NCBI GenBank assembly: GCA_951406725.2
Contig: OX597831.1
Span: 79,360,001 to 79,424,000 of the forward strand
Reading direction: 5' to 3'
DNA length: 64,000 bases
Source of the DNA: Octopus vulgaris
Taxonomy: Eukaryota
Shown here: piece after piece, positions 1 through 13,880 of the stretch
Layout: each line of letters begins with the position of its first letter
Position numbering within the stretch: position 1 is the stretch's first letter
Notes under the pieces: generated by a model
Database searches by the model: none
Seen by the model: the letters and a program-made list of their open reading frames with translations, nothing else
Told to the model about the DNA's origin: nothing
Translations under genes and position numbers: made by a program

Positions 1-434
1 AACTCGTAACCTCTCATCCAACGGAGACGGGCAGTAAATGTCAAACATGGATGCAATCAGTCGAATTGAAGAGGAGTTACTCATCCTCATCACCACCGCC
101 ACCACCATCATCATAAACGCCATACTCTTTACCATCATCATCATCACGATCATCATCAACACCATCATCATCCTTATCATCACCATCGCCATCATCATCA
201 TCATCATCATTGTCAACACACCTATCACTTTGGTCGCCGTCATCACTATTAACGTTGTCATCACTGCTCGGGGTTAAAGCTTTCATCGTCATCAATGCAT
301 TGATGACTTTCATCTTCATCTCCTCGTATTCATCGCTTCAGTCGCTTTCATCACTCGTCACTTTCATCGTTATAAACGCGTTCATCGCTTTCAATAGACA
401 TCATTACATGTTCCGCTTTCATCGCCAACATAAT

Positions 435-659
435 TCTTTTATTCTTTCATTCTTTTATACTTGTTTCAGTCATTTTGACTGTGGCCATGCTGGAGCACCG
501 ACTATAGTCGAGCAAATCCACCCCAGGACTTATTCTTTGTATGCCTAGTACTTATTTTATCGGGCTGTTATGCCGAACCGCTAGGTTACGGGGACGTAAA
601 CACACCAACATCGATTGTCAAGCGATGTTGGGGTGACAAACACAGACACACAAACATAT

Positions 660-720
<61 letters not shown>

Positions 721-725
721 CACAT

Positions 726-781
<56 letters not shown>

Positions 782-949
782 TTATACGACGGGCTTTTTT
801 CAGTTTCCATCTACCAAATCCACTCCGAAGGCTTTGGTCGCCCCGAGGCTATAGTAGAAAGCACTTGCCCAAGGTGCCACGCAGTGGGACTGAACCCGGA
901 ACCATGTGGTTGGTAAGCTCGCTACTTGCCACATAGCCATTCCTGCGCC
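435..949 (-). mobile_element. tRNA-head SINE family B (ACCTTGGGCAAGT CORE-like motif, internal (TA)n/(TG)n, stem-loop tail)
   Basis: Reverse complement matches the copies at 16095 and 58872: head GGCGCAGGAATGGCT, B-box-like GGTTCAGTCCC, tail GGTGCTCCAGCATGGCCACAGTC-AAAAT-GACTGAAAC. Confidence 0.85.
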
Positions 950-1285
950 CATGGTCGTCATTTTCATCCTTTTTCAAAGGATTTATCACTTTCATACTTA
1001 TTGCTATATCTACCCCTTCCATCATCAGCATCACTTTCATTACCTTCATCATTTTCATCATTATCCTAATATCATACTCTTCATAGCCAACATCACGCTC
1101 ATTGCTTTAGTCGTTCTATCCTACCCTCTCATCGCCGACATCACTCTCATTTCTTTCTTTTTTTTTTTTCAGGCGTTTATCGCTTCTATCGTCGTCATCG
1201 TTGTATATATCGCTTTCGTCGTTGAAATAACTGTTATCACTTTCAAGCTTTCAACGCGTTTATCGCTTTCATTTTTATCGTTATA

Positions 1286-1843
1286 TTGGGTTGTCCGGAA
1301 AATTCGTGCCGATTTATAGCAGTTTACCTTTCGACTTATTTTAGAACATGGTTGAGTCCATAAAATAGGATTTCACTACACCTCCATTCAGAGCACAGTT
1401 TAAGCTATCTTTTCTTGGAAGAAGGTTTATGTTCCTATAACCTGTGTTATTTCTGTAACCCTTTAAAATGGAAGATAAGAAAGTTCATTTACGGCACTTG
1501 ATGTTTTGGGAACCAGACAAAAATTGCTGCGGCTCGGCTGGGATGTGTTACCCCACCTTCCATATTCACCAAATATTGCTCCTTCGGATTTCCACTTATT
1601 CAGGTCTCTGCAGAATAGTCTTAATGGTAAAAATTTCAATTCCTTGGATGACGTAAAAAGATACCTTGATGAATTCTTTGCCACCTCAATTCTGAGAAGA
1701 GGATATTTTCAAGTTAAAGGAAAGATGGAGACGCATTGTGTAACAAAATGGTTCATATTTGGTTGATTAAAAATGTAATGGCAAGAATTTATTGACCTTT
1801 TTCTTTCCTTTAAATATCGGCACGAACTTTCCGGACAAACCAA
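1286..1843 (+). mobile_element. Internally deleted mariner element (mellifera-subfamily-like), 558 bp
   Basis: 28-bp TIRs TTGGGTTGTCCGGAAAATTCGTGCCGAT / TTGGTTTGTCCGGAAAGTTCGTGCCGAT (2 mismatches), TA on both flanks. Transposase N-terminus MEDKKVHLRHLMFWE is joined to the C-terminus LGWDVLPHLPYSPNIAPSDFHLFRSLQNSLNGKNF (YSPDLAP motif). Confidence 0.95.
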
Positions 1844-2215
1844 TATTTACCTCTTCTATCGCCGACCTCACCGTTGTCATTTTCATCTCTCTCACTATGG
1901 CCATAAACATCACATCTTATCTCCTCATTTATAATATTCATATATTTTATTGCTGTCCTCCAATTTATCATTCACATCGTTTTTCCTCCTATTTATTACT
2001 TTTATTGTTACCACATTTTATCTCTTTCATCGTTGTCATCAGAGCTACTACTTTCATCGACGTTATCGCATTATTTACCACCAACGTTGTCTCAGTATTA
2101 ACATTGCTCTCATCGTTTTCATCGCATTTAACCCTTTCAACATCTTTCTAACATTTTTCATTTCCATCGTTTTCGTTCATCACTGTTATCACTTCCGTCA
2201 TTATTATCACATCCA

Positions 2216-2454
2216 CGGGCTGTTCAAAGAGTTTCTCCGCGGTAAGTATTTAATGGTTTTCGGACGATTTTTGTACACTGATCCTTTGCTTGCTCCGCAG
2301 AAGAAAAAAAAAATGACTGTCGGTGTTAAATCAGGTGATCCTCTTGGCCAAAATCCCTTCGAAATAATCTGTTCATCGAAAAACTTGTGAAGTAGCGACA
2401 TGGTGATGGGCAGGATTAAAGAATTCACTGCGAGGAGACTTTTTGAACACCCTG
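2216..2454 (-). mobile_element. Short Tc1/mariner-superfamily deletion derivative
   Basis: Imperfect TIRs (CAGGGTGTTCAAAAAGTCTCC at the right end plus TA; CGGGCTGTTCAAAGAGTTTCTCC at the left). Minus-strand peptide WPRGSPDLTP...KGSVYKNRPKT resembles WPPRSPDLTPxDF..WG..K..VY. Confidence 0.8.
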
Positions 2455-2459
2455 TATTA

Positions 2460-2872
2460 AAGGCAAAAACTTGGCAGAACTGTTTGAGGTATTTCGTCCG
2501 TCTTTACGTTCTGGGTTCCCATTCTGCCGAGGTGGACTTTGCCTCTCATTCAGACGAATATCGGAGTTGATGTAAGCGACTTATCTACGCTCGCATATTT
2601 CAGTCTGCGTACCTATAGAAAGAATGTTGTAAAGGCAGCTGACTTTTGTCCGTCTTTACGTTCTAAGTTCAAATTCCGTCTTGGCCGTATTTCCTTTGGG
2701 GTCGATGAAATAAGGACCAGTGGAACACTGGGATCGATGTAATCGACTTGCCCTTCTTATAGTAGAAGGGGGCCAGTCGATTAAATCGACCCTAGTACGC
2801 AACTGGTACTTAATTTATCGACCCCTAAAGGATGAAAGGCAAAGTCGACCTCGGCGGAATTTGAACTCAGAA
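2460..2872. mobile_element. Cluster of SINE family A fragments (two on +, one on - at 2758-2872)
   Basis: Segments match the 3761 copy: TTACGTTCTGAGTTCAAATTCCGCCGAGGTCGACTTTGCCTTTCATCC. Confidence 0.75.
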
Positions 2873-2875
2873 GGG

Positions 2876-2970
<95 letters not shown>

Positions 2971-2971
<1 letters not shown>

Positions 2972-3212
2972 TTATATTGGTTTGTATTTTATTTCATCTT
3001 CCGAATGGGTCTCAACCAGAGACCTAAGGCAGGTGTATATTAGTTGGAGAGAAACTTCCTGAGAATGTGGGCAGTTGATGTCAACACAATTTTTTGAGTC
3101 TCATAGATTGTTGGTTTCCAGAAATCTGGTCAAGAAACTTGTCATCACTTTTCTTGATCTTTCCCAGGGCACCTATAACAACCGGAATGGTTTTGGCTTT
3201 TTAATTGCCACG
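2971..3212 (-). mobile_element. 3' end of an RLE-type non-LTR retrotransposon (R4/Dong-like) ending in (TAA)n
   Basis: With frameshifts the minus strand reads KAKTIPVVIGALGKIKK...YETQKIVLTSTAHILRKFLSN* (stop at 3040-3042), the typical C-terminus after the restriction-like endonuclease. A short 3'UTR runs into (TAA)n at 2876-2970. Confidence 0.8.
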
Positions 3213-3760
3213 TCCTAAAAATCTGAATCACAAGGTGTTTCAATTTCGTTTAGCGGAACTTCTTCCGACTCATTTTGTTATGAGCTCAAATTCTGCCAGG
3301 TTCGACTCAAGTACTGGCATCGATGACTTGCCCTCTCCACTGAAATACTGGCTGGTCTTGAACTTCTCTTGCCGACCTTCTCAAAATCCTCAGGTTTTTA
3401 ATGTGTCCTTACATATTTGCTTCGTAAAAATAACAGCCAAATTTACCTCAAAATTGTATAACCTGTAGTTTTAAGAAAGAGGATGGAAGATACGTTATCT
3501 AAAGTCGTCTAATATATTCTATGCTAGCAAAAGTGATGCGATGGCCACGGCTGGAACCAAACCACATCGACAGCAACAGTAGTTTCCATCTCCTGTCTTT
3601 GTCATCGTTTTTATAAGCTTTTGTTATTATTGTCACCACTCATCATTCATTACATCTATCATTATTCTTATCATCTCTGACATCACTGTTAAGGTTTTCA
3701 TCGTCGTTATCGTCATCAATGTCAACGTCGTCCATACTTTTATCATTATTATCATTGTCA

Positions 3761-4176
3761 AAGGCGGCGAGCTGGCAGAAACGTTAGCACACCGGGCGAA
3801 ATGATTAGCGGTATTTCGTCTGCCGTTACGTTCTGAGTTCAATTTCCGCCGAGGTCGACTTTGCCTTTCATCCTTTCGAGGTCGATAAATTGAGTATCAG
3901 TTACGCACTGGGGTCGATATAATCGACTTAATCCCTTTGTCTGTCCTTGTTTGTCCCCTCTATGTTTAGCTCCTTGTGGGCAATAAAGAAATAAGAAACG
4001 TTAGCACGCCGGGCGAAATGCTTAGCGGTATTTCGCATATTTTTACGTTCTGAGTTCAAATTTCGCCTTTCATCCTTTCATTGTCGATAAATTAAGTACC
4101 AGCTGCGTACTGGGTTCGATCTAATCGACTGGCCCCCTCCCCCGAAATTTCAGGCTTTTTATCTAGAGTAGAAAAT
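3761..4176 (+). mobile_element. Tandem dimer of tRNA-head SINE family A (Meta/MESC-like core) with two different 3' tails
   Basis: Head AAGGCGGCGAGCTGGCAGAAACGTTAGC, B-box GAGTTCAA.TTCC, core GTCGACTTTGCCTTTCATCCTTTCG.GGTCGATAAATT.AGTA. The second unit starts at about 3996. Confidence 0.85.
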
Positions 4177-5145
4177 ATATTGTCATCGTCAATTTCATCG
4201 TAATTGTTTTCTCTCAATTTAACCTAAATACCTAAAATAAAAGTATTACGACCGTAAACTTCCCATCAATTTCTTCCGGACATCCAATATATCCTTCCGT
4301 TTTATTTCTAAGTCAATAAGGTGTTATTTGAATAATACTTACTGCTATTTTTAGCAGGTCAAATGACCACATAGAGACACCCTGGTTGACGCATAAATTT
4401 CATCATTTTTATCACGTGTGACATCATAATTGTATTATCATTAATGTCATCGTCTACGTTATCAGTTTTGTCATCGCAGTTATCGTTTATTTCATCGCTG
4501 TCATCCATGCTGTCAACATCCTCTTTGTCATCGCCTTCATTGTCCTCGGTATATTTTGTTTCAATCGTCGCCTCCGTGCCATTGCTCTTATCTCTTTCAT
4601 CATTCTCATCTTCGCTGCCCCCCCCATTCTCCTTCTTAAAATTACAATCGTTTCTATTGCCCTCGTCGTTCATACCATCACAACCAGGTTCTTCAGACGC
4701 TCTTGTTGCAGGTTCACGTGCGCCAGGAGGACTACATCGGTCACGAATTCACCTGTTTTCTTTACTCTGTATACCTTGATCTCATTTCACTGTATTTCTC
4801 TCCTTTCTCTCTCACCCCTCCCCTCGTCTTTTATATAACCCCTCCATCATCACTATACACACACAAATAAACTCTAAACTATTCTTCTAATGTCTCCCTC
4901 ATCAGATGCCCAGGTGGAAAATGAAAGATATCATCATCATCAACATCATCATCATCATTACCATCATCATTATCATCATTATTACCATAATTATTCAGGT
5001 GGTCAGCTGTCGGAATTGTTAATACGTTGGGTATATTGCTTAGCTGCATTTCGTCCGTCCTTACGTTCAGACTTCAAATTCCGGCGAAATCGACTTTGCA
5101 TTGGAGCACCCTATTTTCACACGATCTTATTGAAATCTGTTTCTT

Positions 5146-5198
<53 letters not shown>

Positions 5199-5332
5199 AA
5201 GACAGCCACTTATGATTACAGAGAAAAGCCCAATCAATCCCAGTAAACACAAGCTTCCTTCATCCTCACCGACTCTATAAACGTTAATGTCATTCTGCCG
5301 CATTTGAACACCCTAAGGACCTAAAATTTCTG

Positions 5333-5379
<47 letters not shown>

Positions 5380-5594
5380 ATGTATGTATGTATATATATA
5401 TATATGTGTGTATGTATGTATGTATGTATGTATGTATATACATGTATATATCCACATATCCAAACCCAAAAATTGAGAGATTGCACATATGATGTATACA
5501 CCCTGTATACACCTCATAAAAATGAAAAATTTATATTAGAATTCGTTCATAACCCCCACACACACATACACATACACACATATAAGCATATATG

Positions 5595-5663
<69 letters not shown>

Positions 5664-5703
5664 TTTTGTCTTGCACCCATGCAAGAAAAGCAACTGGTAG
5701 ATA

Positions 5704-5771
<68 letters not shown>

Positions 5772-5787
5772 TGTGTGTGTGTATGTA

Positions 5788-5825
<38 letters not shown>

Positions 5826-6534
5826 AATATATTTATATATATATGTATATATGTATACATATACATATATATATACACACACATTTATATACATATATAT
5901 ACACACACATTTATATACATATATATATAAACACACATGAACACATATATATATACACACACATATAAATATGTACATACATACATATTTATACATGCAT
6001 ACAGATATATATGTACTGATACTTATATACATATACGTACATAACATACCTTTATGCATGTGTGTGGTAAACACAATTTTATAGAATTGCATACCCTGTC
6101 AACACCAAGTAAGTATTTAAACGACTCAGAACCTCTCACACAAACAACAATAATAATAATGAATTTCTCTCTTTTTAAATTTCTCTTTTCTGCTAAAAAC
6201 CACCCGCGATAAACACTTTATTTCTTTCATTCTTTTCGTTCATTCTTTTGATATTTTCCTCACGGATTCCCGTAGAAGTCAAGGGCAATTGCCGTTCATT
6301 AAAAGAAATGTTAGATTTGTTTTTTAGCACCGCTCAAGGCAAGGAATATTTATTCTCCAGTGGAACTGGTTTCAACTGGATATTTTCCAGTGACAGAAGA
6401 TCGTTGAGTTTTCTTGAAATTCTACCGTTTATTTAATTTTTGAGAATTATATAACTTCAGGCATATTTGTGTCAAATTTATAAACATTAATTTATTGCTA
6501 ACGAAATCTTGAAACATAAATTAATATGAGTGCA

Positions 6535-6588
<54 letters not shown>

Positions 6589-6609
6589 TATGTGTTTATA
6601 CGTCTTAGC

Positions 6610-6644
<35 letters not shown>

Positions 6645-7269
6645 TGCATAGATATATATGTATATATTTATATATATGTATATATGTACATATGTATATA
6701 TTTATGCATGTATATGTATATATGTAAATATTTAAATGCATTCAAACAAACACATACATACACACACAAACATATATACACACACACACACACATATATA
6801 TATATACACATATATATATATATATAAAAGTTACATATATATGTAATGCGTATTTATACATAAAAGGCATAGACGCGAAAACTGTTACACACATGCAACA
6901 AACGCAGACTCACACATAGAAAAGTATATAGAAACATATATATACATACACACACACACACGTATGGACAGACAAACATACATTTGTAGATATATGTATA
7001 CACGCTTATATGTACGTATATGATTATACGAATTCGTGTATGTGTATCTGTAAATAAATATATTGCGGATCATTATAAATATACTTTAAAAATTTGGAAA
7101 TATGGGAAGCATTCTTTGACGGACATTATTCGGTTTCTATATTTCAAAACGCTAAACATGTATATGTGTATGTGTGTTCGTGTGTGTGTGTGTGTGTCTG
7201 TACACACAACACACACATATATGTACGTATATATACGTATCTCTCTCTCTCTCTCCATCTCTCTCCCTC

Positions 7270-7321
<52 letters not shown>

Positions 7322-7560
7322 TATACACATATATATATATATATGCAATACACACATATATATATATATATACATAAATACATATGCGTATATACTTATG
7401 TGTATATATATAAACACACATATATGTATGTATGTGTATATATATAAATATATATATACATATACACATACATACATATAACTATATATATATATGTATA
7501 TAATACAAGTAAGAAAATGGAGAAACAAATTTAGTTACATCCATAACCCCTACTTACTTT

Positions 7561-7704
<144 letters not shown>

Positions 7705-7788
7705 TAGAAACCTACAAAACCATAAAATAAGTATCTTACATTAAACACTCACAGACACGATTCATATATGTGTGTAAGTGTATGTAGT

Positions 7789-7826
<38 letters not shown>

Positions 7827-7854
7827 CATGCATATATATATATATATATATACA

Positions 7855-7905
<51 letters not shown>

Positions 7906-8122
7906 GCAAGCCATGAGTATGTGGATACATAATTCTAAGCACACAACGCACACACACATCACAACCGCACGCACGGTCTAGATACATTTAAACGTGTTAA
8001 ACGTATATTTAGCAGTCTGCATTTCTCCAGTGGCACAGATATTATTATGAAATAATAATTATACAACATTTATTACATTAATGAAAGTCACACTTCCACC
8101 CCGCTAAGGAACCTTGAAATAC

Positions 8123-8163
<41 letters not shown>

Positions 8164-8471
8164 TATACGTGTATGTTTGTACATGTGTATGTATGGGTGT
8201 GTTTATATGTTGTGTCTTGTGTGTTTGTGTACGGCGGTTGGAATGTTAGCATTTCCTCTCGTCTAATTCGTGGCTGAGGGCTTTGGCATTAGAATTATTA
8301 AAAATTCAAATATTCAACGCTAATGAGGAAGCACTAGAATTGTCTGTGATGGCTTTTCTGTGGTTCAAGTACAAAAAATATTACTGGGTTTCTGACGTAC
8401 TTTGGAAATGAAATTCATAGAGTACATTCACACCTCTAGAGGCACATATGTGAGTTATATAGGTCTATACA

Positions 8472-8586
<115 letters not shown>

Positions 8587-8651
8587 CACATATATGTATA
8601 CATACATACACACATATATATACACAAACATATATATATATATATATATAT

Positions 8652-8699
<48 letters not shown>

Positions 8700-8736
8700 T
8701 TATAATATATGGATGCTTACGGAAATGCAAATTCGA

Positions 8737-8955
8737 GGCGGAGGCGTGACTGCGTGATAAGAAGTTTGTTTACCGACCATATGGTTCTGTGTTCAGTCCC
8801 ACTGCGTGACTCCTTGGTCAAGTGTCCTCTACTACAACCTTTCAGCTTGGCCAAAGCTTTGTGAGTAGATTTCATAGACTGGAACTTAAGAAAACTTGTT
8901 GTATATGTGCATATGTATATATGGATATACATATACATACATACATATGTATATA

Positions 8956-8994
<39 letters not shown>

Positions 8995-9650
8995 ACACAC
9001 ACACATATACATATGTATATATATATATATATATATATGTATACATACAGACATACACACACGCGCGCACACATATATATATATATAAATATATATCATT
9101 TATATATCATATACATATATATATATATAAATTCATATGCATACATGCATCAATAGATACATATATACACGCATACACACACAATAAACATATACATGCT
9201 TGCATAGACAATCCAAATGCCTTATGTGCCAGAATTTGGAATCTTAGTGAAGGAAACATCTCGAGTCCAAATATTCGCAATATTTGAGATCGAATATATT
9301 TTTCAAAATGCCTTCGTAGGATCAACAAATGGCAAAAGTTCGTCGAAAGAGAAACGACAAAAAAAAAAAAATAAAGAAAAATCTAGTTATTATATAGATA
9401 CTTTGCTCAACCCTGCAGTTAGTCTATTGGGTAGGTTTTGCCGATCCGCTAGGTTACGGAGATACAAACACACCAATACCAGTTGTCAATCGGTGGTGTG
9501 GTACATATAGCACAGACTCAAACACACGCGCGAGCTTCTTTCAGTTTCCGTCCACCATATCCACTCACAATGTCGGCCGAGGTTATCGTAAAAGACTTTC
9601 ACCGAAGGTGCTACGCCGTGGGACTGAACCCCATATTTTTGGACGGCTAA
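8737..9650. mobile_element. Two SINE B copies in opposite orientation (8737-8900 +, 9430-9650 -)
   Basis: GTTCAGTCCCACTGCGTG on +, and CGTGGGACTGAACC plus CTTCTTTCAGTTTCCGTC on the reverse. Confidence 0.7.
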
Positions 9651-10579
9651 AAAAAGACTAATATACAAATTACAAGCTTCGATTCCTCATGGGTGGGACA
9701 CTTAACAACTGGTCCAGGAGCATCCGGTGGTGTAGATGTATCTCGTCGGGTGATAAGAAAATAAATCTCGTTAAAATACACACACAAGCATACACATTCA
9801 CACACATACACACACACTCACACAAGGATAGGCATACTAAAAGCAATCCGTGGAAATACTTATTTGAATAAAAGTGTTGGGTACCACTATTGGCAACCAC
9901 GGTGAGAAGGTTGTGAACCTCTGATCTAATCCATTTGTTGGGGCATACAATATATTTGTGTATTTGGTTAGGTTTCCGTGCTTTTTACCGTTTCTTAAGT
10001 AATGCTTCGGGTCGTGTGACATAGCTTCGTATTGAGTGAATTAGAAATATAATTTTCGTGTATTTAATTTAATGTGTGTATGGGAGTGAATATATGAATC
10101 TATCTATGTATACATGCATGTGCGTGTGAGTGCGTGAGCGTGTGTGTGTGAGTGTGTGTGTATGTGTGTGTGTGTGTGTGTGCGTAAGATATACAAAGGT
10201 AAGTGGCGTAAGATATACATACAAACGTATAGTAACGCATATTACATGCGACGTATACACACACGCGCACACTCCCACACATACATACATATACACACAC
10301 GTGCATGTGTAGGATGTGCGTATATACATATACATACATATATACAGGGTACATATATACATTCACATCTAGATGAACGTCTTCATTTCCCCGTACATAT
10401 ATATAAAGTCATATATATGTATATACAGCGAAATTACTCAAGTACACACACAGAGACACACACACACACACACACACATACACGTACACACACATACATA
10501 TATGTATATATAGACACACATACTTAGCTATATAAATATATATATGTATATATATATAAATATGTATGTCTATATATAT

Positions 10580-10780
10580 AGAGGGGACAAACAAGGACAG
10601 ACAAAGGGATTAAGTTGTTTACATCGACCCCAGTGCGAAACTGGCACTTTATTTATCGACCCCGAAAGGATGAAAGGCAAAGTCGACCTCGGCGGAATTT
10701 GAAGTCAGAACGTAGCGACAGACGAAATACCGCTAAGCACTTTGCCCGACGTGCTAACGCTTCTGCCAGGTAGCCGCCTT
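10580..10780 (-). mobile_element. SINE family A, full length
   Basis: Reverse complement of the 3761 head, core and tail 1. Confidence 0.85.
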
Positions 10781-11351
10781 TACATATATATATATATATA
10801 TATATGCATATGCATGTGTGTCTGTGTAGCCATAATACACGCACACACACGCACTGACTCTTGCACAGACGCACACACACACACGCGCATTTACACAGAT
10901 TAAGAGATAGGGAAGTTCACACAAAGGAAAGGATATTTAATTATAAGAGCAAGGCTTAAACCCACGTCTAACAAAACAGACGTCATTTATAAAAGCTACT
11001 TCAACAATATTTAGTGTTAAATGCTCTCGGAATGTCAGAAGATACAAGTTGCTAACTTGCTCTGCTTGTATCGTTTTATGGAATCGCTTTTTGAGTGGTC
11101 TAATACAGGGTAGCGTTGTTTATTAGCTCCTTTCACTAACCCAGGATATAATTACTCTCTCACACACACACACATACGCACACACACGCACAGATGATTA
11201 TATATATAATCTTATGTATATATGCAGAGACACACTCACATATGTATATGTATACATATACACATCCATCTATTTAACTGGCCATGTATTTCATATGTTA
11301 TTTACATACATACATGCATACAAACATACATACACACACACACACACACAC

Positions 11352-11382
<31 letters not shown>

Positions 11383-11560
11383 CAAATATATATACAATAT
11401 ACAATTAAATATATATGCACATATATAGGTACATAGACATTCAAATAATTGTGTTAAGTGTGCTTGTTTGAGTGTATATATACATATTCATATATATCAA
11501 TATATGTATATATATATAAATATCAATATATATAATATATATATATATCAATATATGTAA

Positions 11561-11609
<49 letters not shown>

Positions 11610-11979
11610 CATGTGCCTCTCTCTGTGTATTTATAAGTTGTATTTGAACATAGCCGTCTCAAGAATTTCCATACCTCGTGGGATACGAAAACATTATGAA
11701 CGCGTATTTTTGAAATATTTTGAAGAAGAAAAAATTATATTTTAATTCAATCTTAATTTCATGATATTATTTCAGATTCGTCAGCGCCAATGGAAGAAAC
11801 ACAAGATTACATACAACAAGTCAACCACTGAATATTATGCAGTCTCCGTGGCAGAGTTCTTCTCAATTGCGATGTGTGTGTGTGTGTGTTTGTATGTCTA
11901 TCGCTCCCATTCTTTCTCTCTCTCATTCTCTCTCACACACACACACACACACACTCTCTCTCTCTCTCTCTCTCTCTCT

Positions 11980-12019
<40 letters not shown>

Positions 12020-12090
12020 ACACACACCTGAATATGTATAAATATATATATATATATATATATATTAATCTATGTGTATACACATGTATA

Positions 12091-12146
<56 letters not shown>

Positions 12147-12344
12147 CATATATACATCTATATATATACATATATATATACATATATGCATATATATATA
12201 TATGTATTTATATATATATATATATACATATATACATACATATGTATATATATATGCATATGTATATGTGTATATACATATATATATGTGTGTGTGTGTA
12301 TATAGTGTATACACACACACACACACGCAAACACATACACACAC

Positions 12345-12423
<79 letters not shown>

Positions 12424-12794
12424 GGTATCAACATGGCTATTTTTACGATCTCTTGGATTGTTGTGAAGAAGTGTTCCTTATATCGGATATTTTGTCTGAA
12501 TTCTTGCGTGAAAGTGGGCTCCACTAAGAATCTCTCAAGAGCCAGATGGTGGTAGAAAATCGGGTGACGTAGAAAGGGTACCACCCAAGAACTGGAAAAG
12601 CCCGCCTTCTGCTAGGCTTCCGACACAACCTCCGTACCACCAAATTTCAGTCAAAGCTTTTGTCTTCGAGGCATAGATATGTTTGTGTGTGTGTGTGTGT
12701 GTGTGTGTCTGTCTGTTTGTCAGTGTGTGTGTCTGTGTTTGTGTGTGCATGCGTGAATGTATTTCGTTGTTTGTATGTACGTAAATGTATGTAT

Positions 12795-12888
<94 letters not shown>

Positions 12889-13275
12889 GTGTCTATATGC
12901 ATATTCATATGAATCCCCATGTATACGCTAAACATCTATCGATTATTGTATCTACCTGTCTATCTATGACTATATCTATCTATTGTCTATCTATTTATCT
13001 ATGAAGCTATCAATCACTGCATCTATCTATTTATCTATCTTTATCGCTATCAATCTATCTTTCTATTAATCTTTCTACCTATCAAATTATCCATTTGTAT
13101 CTACTCATTTATCTATCTATCTTTATATCTATCAATCTATTTACTTATTTGTCTGCCTATTTATGTATTTGTGTATTTATTTATCTTTCAAGCTATCAAT
13201 CATTCTATCTATCTATCTAATTATCTATCTATCTAATTATTTAAATATCTAATTATCTATTCATCCAATTATCTT

Positions 13276-13364
<89 letters not shown>

Positions 13365-13395
13365 TTGTCTATTAATAAATCTATCTATTTATTTA
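12795..13395. repeat. (GATA)n followed by a degenerate-to-pure (TCTA)n tract
   Basis: Directly visible tetranucleotide arrays in inverted orientation. Confidence 0.9.
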
Positions 13396-13880
13396 TCTTT
13401 CTTTCTCGACAAAAAATATTTAAGTCTTGGTAAATTTTCATTTTTCTTGGCATAATTTTTGAATTACACTCAAATATAATTATAGACTATTCTCAGTTTT
13501 CACACACACACACACACACACATACACACACACACAAATATATATATATAGTAAATCAAAGGAAAAACGAAGAACAAACAAGAAAAAAACAACAACGTGA
13601 GGACGTGGTACTTAGAAAGTATTAGCAGACGCTCAGGGAAGGACTTCAAGATACTCACACATATACACGCAAACATACATACATACACACATACATACAT
13701 ACATACATACATACATACATACATACATACATACATACATACATACATAATGAACAGAAACAATGAGTTGACGAGTGGGACAAGATTTCGCATACGCACA
13801 CAAACACAAATATATACAGAGAAACTTAGATATTCATTCTTGCCGATTCCTTCGTAACTTTCACACTTGTAGTATACACT

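Noticed and set aside
3-75. Kringle-like TETGSKCQTW peptide in a + frame
   Set aside because: The preceding YRG motif and the following cysteines are missing, there is no donor site, and it is truncated by the window edge.
77-4673. Acidic Asp-rich minus-strand ORFs (77-319, 4359-4673)
   Set aside because: They are products of a decayed (CAT/CGT)n low-complexity region, with no splice or domain support.
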